From Macrostomum lignano (taxonomy: Eukaryota), in contig NIVC01001240.1 of assembly GCA_002269645.1 (NCBI GenBank), positions 1 to 27,756 on the forward strand: a stretch of 27,756 nucleotides of DNA. Direction: 5' to 3'. The notes under the pieces were generated by a model. The model saw only the letters and a list, made by a program, of their open reading frames with translations, made no database searches and was not told where the DNA came from. Shown piece after piece: positions 26,190 through 27,756 of the stretch; within the stretch, counting starts at the first letter, position 1, and the number at the start of each line of letters is the position of its first letter. Position numbers and translations under genes: made by a program.

Positions 26190-26200
26190 TTTGATGCTTT

Positions 26201-26322
26201 TTGGGCCAAATCAAATGCTGCTGTGTCAGCCTTGCTACCATAGACAAAAGCTCCATTGCTTTGGCAAACATATCTTGGATTAAATTCAATGCGCGTAGGC
26301 CCAAATGGGCTGCAAAAAGCTA
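26201..26322 (-). repeat. Uninterrupted right TIR of the Tc1-like relic
   Basis: About 86% identical (hand count) to the rejoined left TIR, followed by TA. Confidence 0.85.
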
Positions 26323-26460
26323 TATTCTGCAGCTAATGCTTTTTCAGTGAGATTTTACGATAGACATCCATTCGTGCACAGAGAATCAGCCGACAATGCA
26401 GGAACAGACAGCTTGACAAACTTGTTGAGTACAGCTCGAACGAAACACATGCTCGCTTCA

Positions 26461-26679
26461 TTTAGAATTTTGGGAAGTCCAGAAGGTGGGGGAAAACTTA
26501 ATGCCATCTCATCATTGCATTTCGGAGCGAACACCGGCGGCATTTTGCTTCAACTGTTCGTGTCTTCTTATCGATGAAGGGAGGGGTGAACTTGGACCGG
26601 AATGAAGCCCGAACTTCAGCCTTGTACCAACTGCAATTAATTTCCTTTCAAAGTAGTCGACAAGAAATGCGGAGCCATT
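26461..26679 (-). pseudogene. Possible degraded hAT-type transposase fragment
   Basis: One frame reads FLVDYFERKLIAVGTRLKFGLHSGPSSPLPSSIRRHEQLKQNAAGVRSEMQ**DGIKFSPTFWTSQNSK, loosely resembling the hAT LPS..TI and SLT.D.WTS region. It has two in-frame stops and no catalytic Asp. Weak. Confidence 0.25.
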
Positions 26680-27068
26680 TGAACCTTACGAGCCTTCAGT
26701 GTCCTACCAATGTGCTCCTAGTCGACTCTTCAAAATGATCACAGTCGGCCGCTTTCGACTGTGCACAGAAAGAAATTAGGACAGACGGACATTAAGACAG
26801 GACAGAAAGACAGGCATAAATGCAGGCCCATCTTCTTGGCCGTATATTTTAGCAAGCAAGCGAGAGCAGACCAAGTCATTACTCATTAATATTCTACATT
26901 CAGCACTCACCGCGTCCCAACGGTATCCCTGCTGTGCATCAGGCGGCAGGACCAGAAGCCAGAAAACTGAATTTTTGATCAGTTTTAATGCGTAAATACC
27001 TGACTGAACGGTACAGGAGACTGGGGGAGGGGGAACCGCTGCAAATCAGCGACAGGCTTTGATCTCGA

Positions 27069-27559
27069 TTCTGTCAACTGATCATTTCCGAGGTCTTTTC
27101 CTGTTTTGTCTGCCGCTGCACTTACCTTTGCGTGTCAAAGCAGAGTTTTACAACTTTTTCTATAATGCCGGCATCGGCTGTCGCGTGGAACACGGTTGCC
27201 GGTGTGCTCCAGAATTATGCCGAATGCACCAGAGAGCTTTTTCATCTCTCTCTTTCTCGGGGCGACTCGTCATTCTGTCAAACTGCATCATTTCCGAGGT
27301 CTTTTCCTGTTTTGTCTGAGCTTTTACGGCGCTCTTTAGATCCGGTTGGACTCGAAATTGTTTTTTTAGTAAATATGTATGAACTGCGGATTCACCTGCT
27401 CTTGACTTACCTTTGCGTGTCAAAGCAGAGTTTTACAACTTTTTCTATAATGCCGGCATCGGCTGTCGCGTGGAACACGGTTGCCGGTGTGCTCCAGAAT
27501 TATGCCACGAATGCACCAGAGAGCTTTTTCATCTCTCTCTTTCTCGGGGCGACTCGTCA
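27069..27559. repeat. Imperfect tandem duplication: copy A 27069-27272 (204 bp), copy B 27273-27559 (287 bp)
   Basis: The shared block 27121-27272 matches 27406-27559 apart from a 2-bp indel. The 5' blocks differ by two 1-bp indels. Copy B has 86 bp (27319-27404) where copy A has 7 bp (27113-27119). Confidence 0.95.
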
Positions 27560-27625
27560 AAGACTGCCTCAGCTCAGGAAGCGCCTGGGACGGAGTGAGG
27601 CTCTGTATTTCTGTGCCACAGTCAT
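27411..27625 (-). pseudogene. Possible degraded exon of an ARM-repeat (importin-alpha-like) protein
   Basis: Stitched frames read MTVAQ / EIQSLTPSQALPELRQSLTSRPEKERDEKALWCIRGIILEHTG / TVFHATADAGIIEKVVKLCFDTQ, ending at a consensus donor AAG|GTAAGT (27410-27405). It needs two frameshifts, and the family resemblance is by eye. Confidence 0.3.
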
Positions 27626-27756
27626 GATAGGGCTAAATACGAGTTTTTTTGGCATACTTGCGATGAAAATGATTAATTCTATGCCCTTAGCATAATACAT
27701 GTCACGTGACCCATTTTTGGACAAAAATTCTGCAAATGATAATTTTGGCTCCCAGA

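Larger units (their letters stand above)
1901..26322 (-). mobile_element. Old, internally deleted IS630/Tc1/mariner-like DNA transposon relic (~730 bp without the nested insertion)
   Basis: The ~122-bp inverted repeats (1901-1978 joined to 25671-25713, versus 26201-26322) differ at about 17 positions by hand alignment. TA dinucleotides lie immediately outside (1899-1900, 26323-26324). The interior carries a frameshifted HTH-type transposase N-terminus. Confidence 0.75.

Noticed and set aside
25922-26577. ORFs 25922-26122 (+), 26305-26577 (+) and 26355-26543 (-)
   Set aside because: They are antisense or off-frame shadows over transposon remnants, with no recognisable product.
27059-27695. 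Plus-strand ORFs including the 187-aa ORF with an internal repeat
   Set aside because: The internal repeat only reflects the tandem duplication. Different frames stay open in each copy, and the splice signal and protein-like pattern are on the minus strand.
27701-27710. GTCACGTGAC palindrome (E-box/CACGTG core) upstream of the ARM-like fragment
   Set aside because: A single 10-bp palindrome is plausible by chance in 4 kb of unique sequence, and there is no evidence of function.

Overview
Eukaryotic-looking, repeat-dominated window with no intact recognisable gene. About 85% is one array: 380 head-to-tail copies of a 62-bp unit plus an 11-bp partial copy (1983-25553), with visible variants only in the first unit and the last few. 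The array lies inside a small TIR element (1979-25667) bounded by perfect 17-bp inverted repeats (AGCCGTATGCAGAAAGC), and each unit begins with most of that TIR. This element is inserted into the left ~120-bp TIR of an older, TA-flanked, internally deleted IS630/Tc1/mariner-like relic (1901-26322) that keeps a frameshifted N-terminal transposase fragment. The relic's intact right TIR serves as an empty-site control for the insertion. The 5' end is a compound GACA/GACT microsatellite grading into a 14-bp minisatellite. The 3' end has a possible hAT-like remnant and a ~200-290-bp tandem duplication overlapping a degraded, possibly ARM-repeat exon. I found no CRISPR, RNA gene or new protein-coding system. 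The best lead is a satellite born from a transposon end and caught inside its parent element. All alignments were done by eye, and the array length and homogeneity could be an assembly or amplification artefact.
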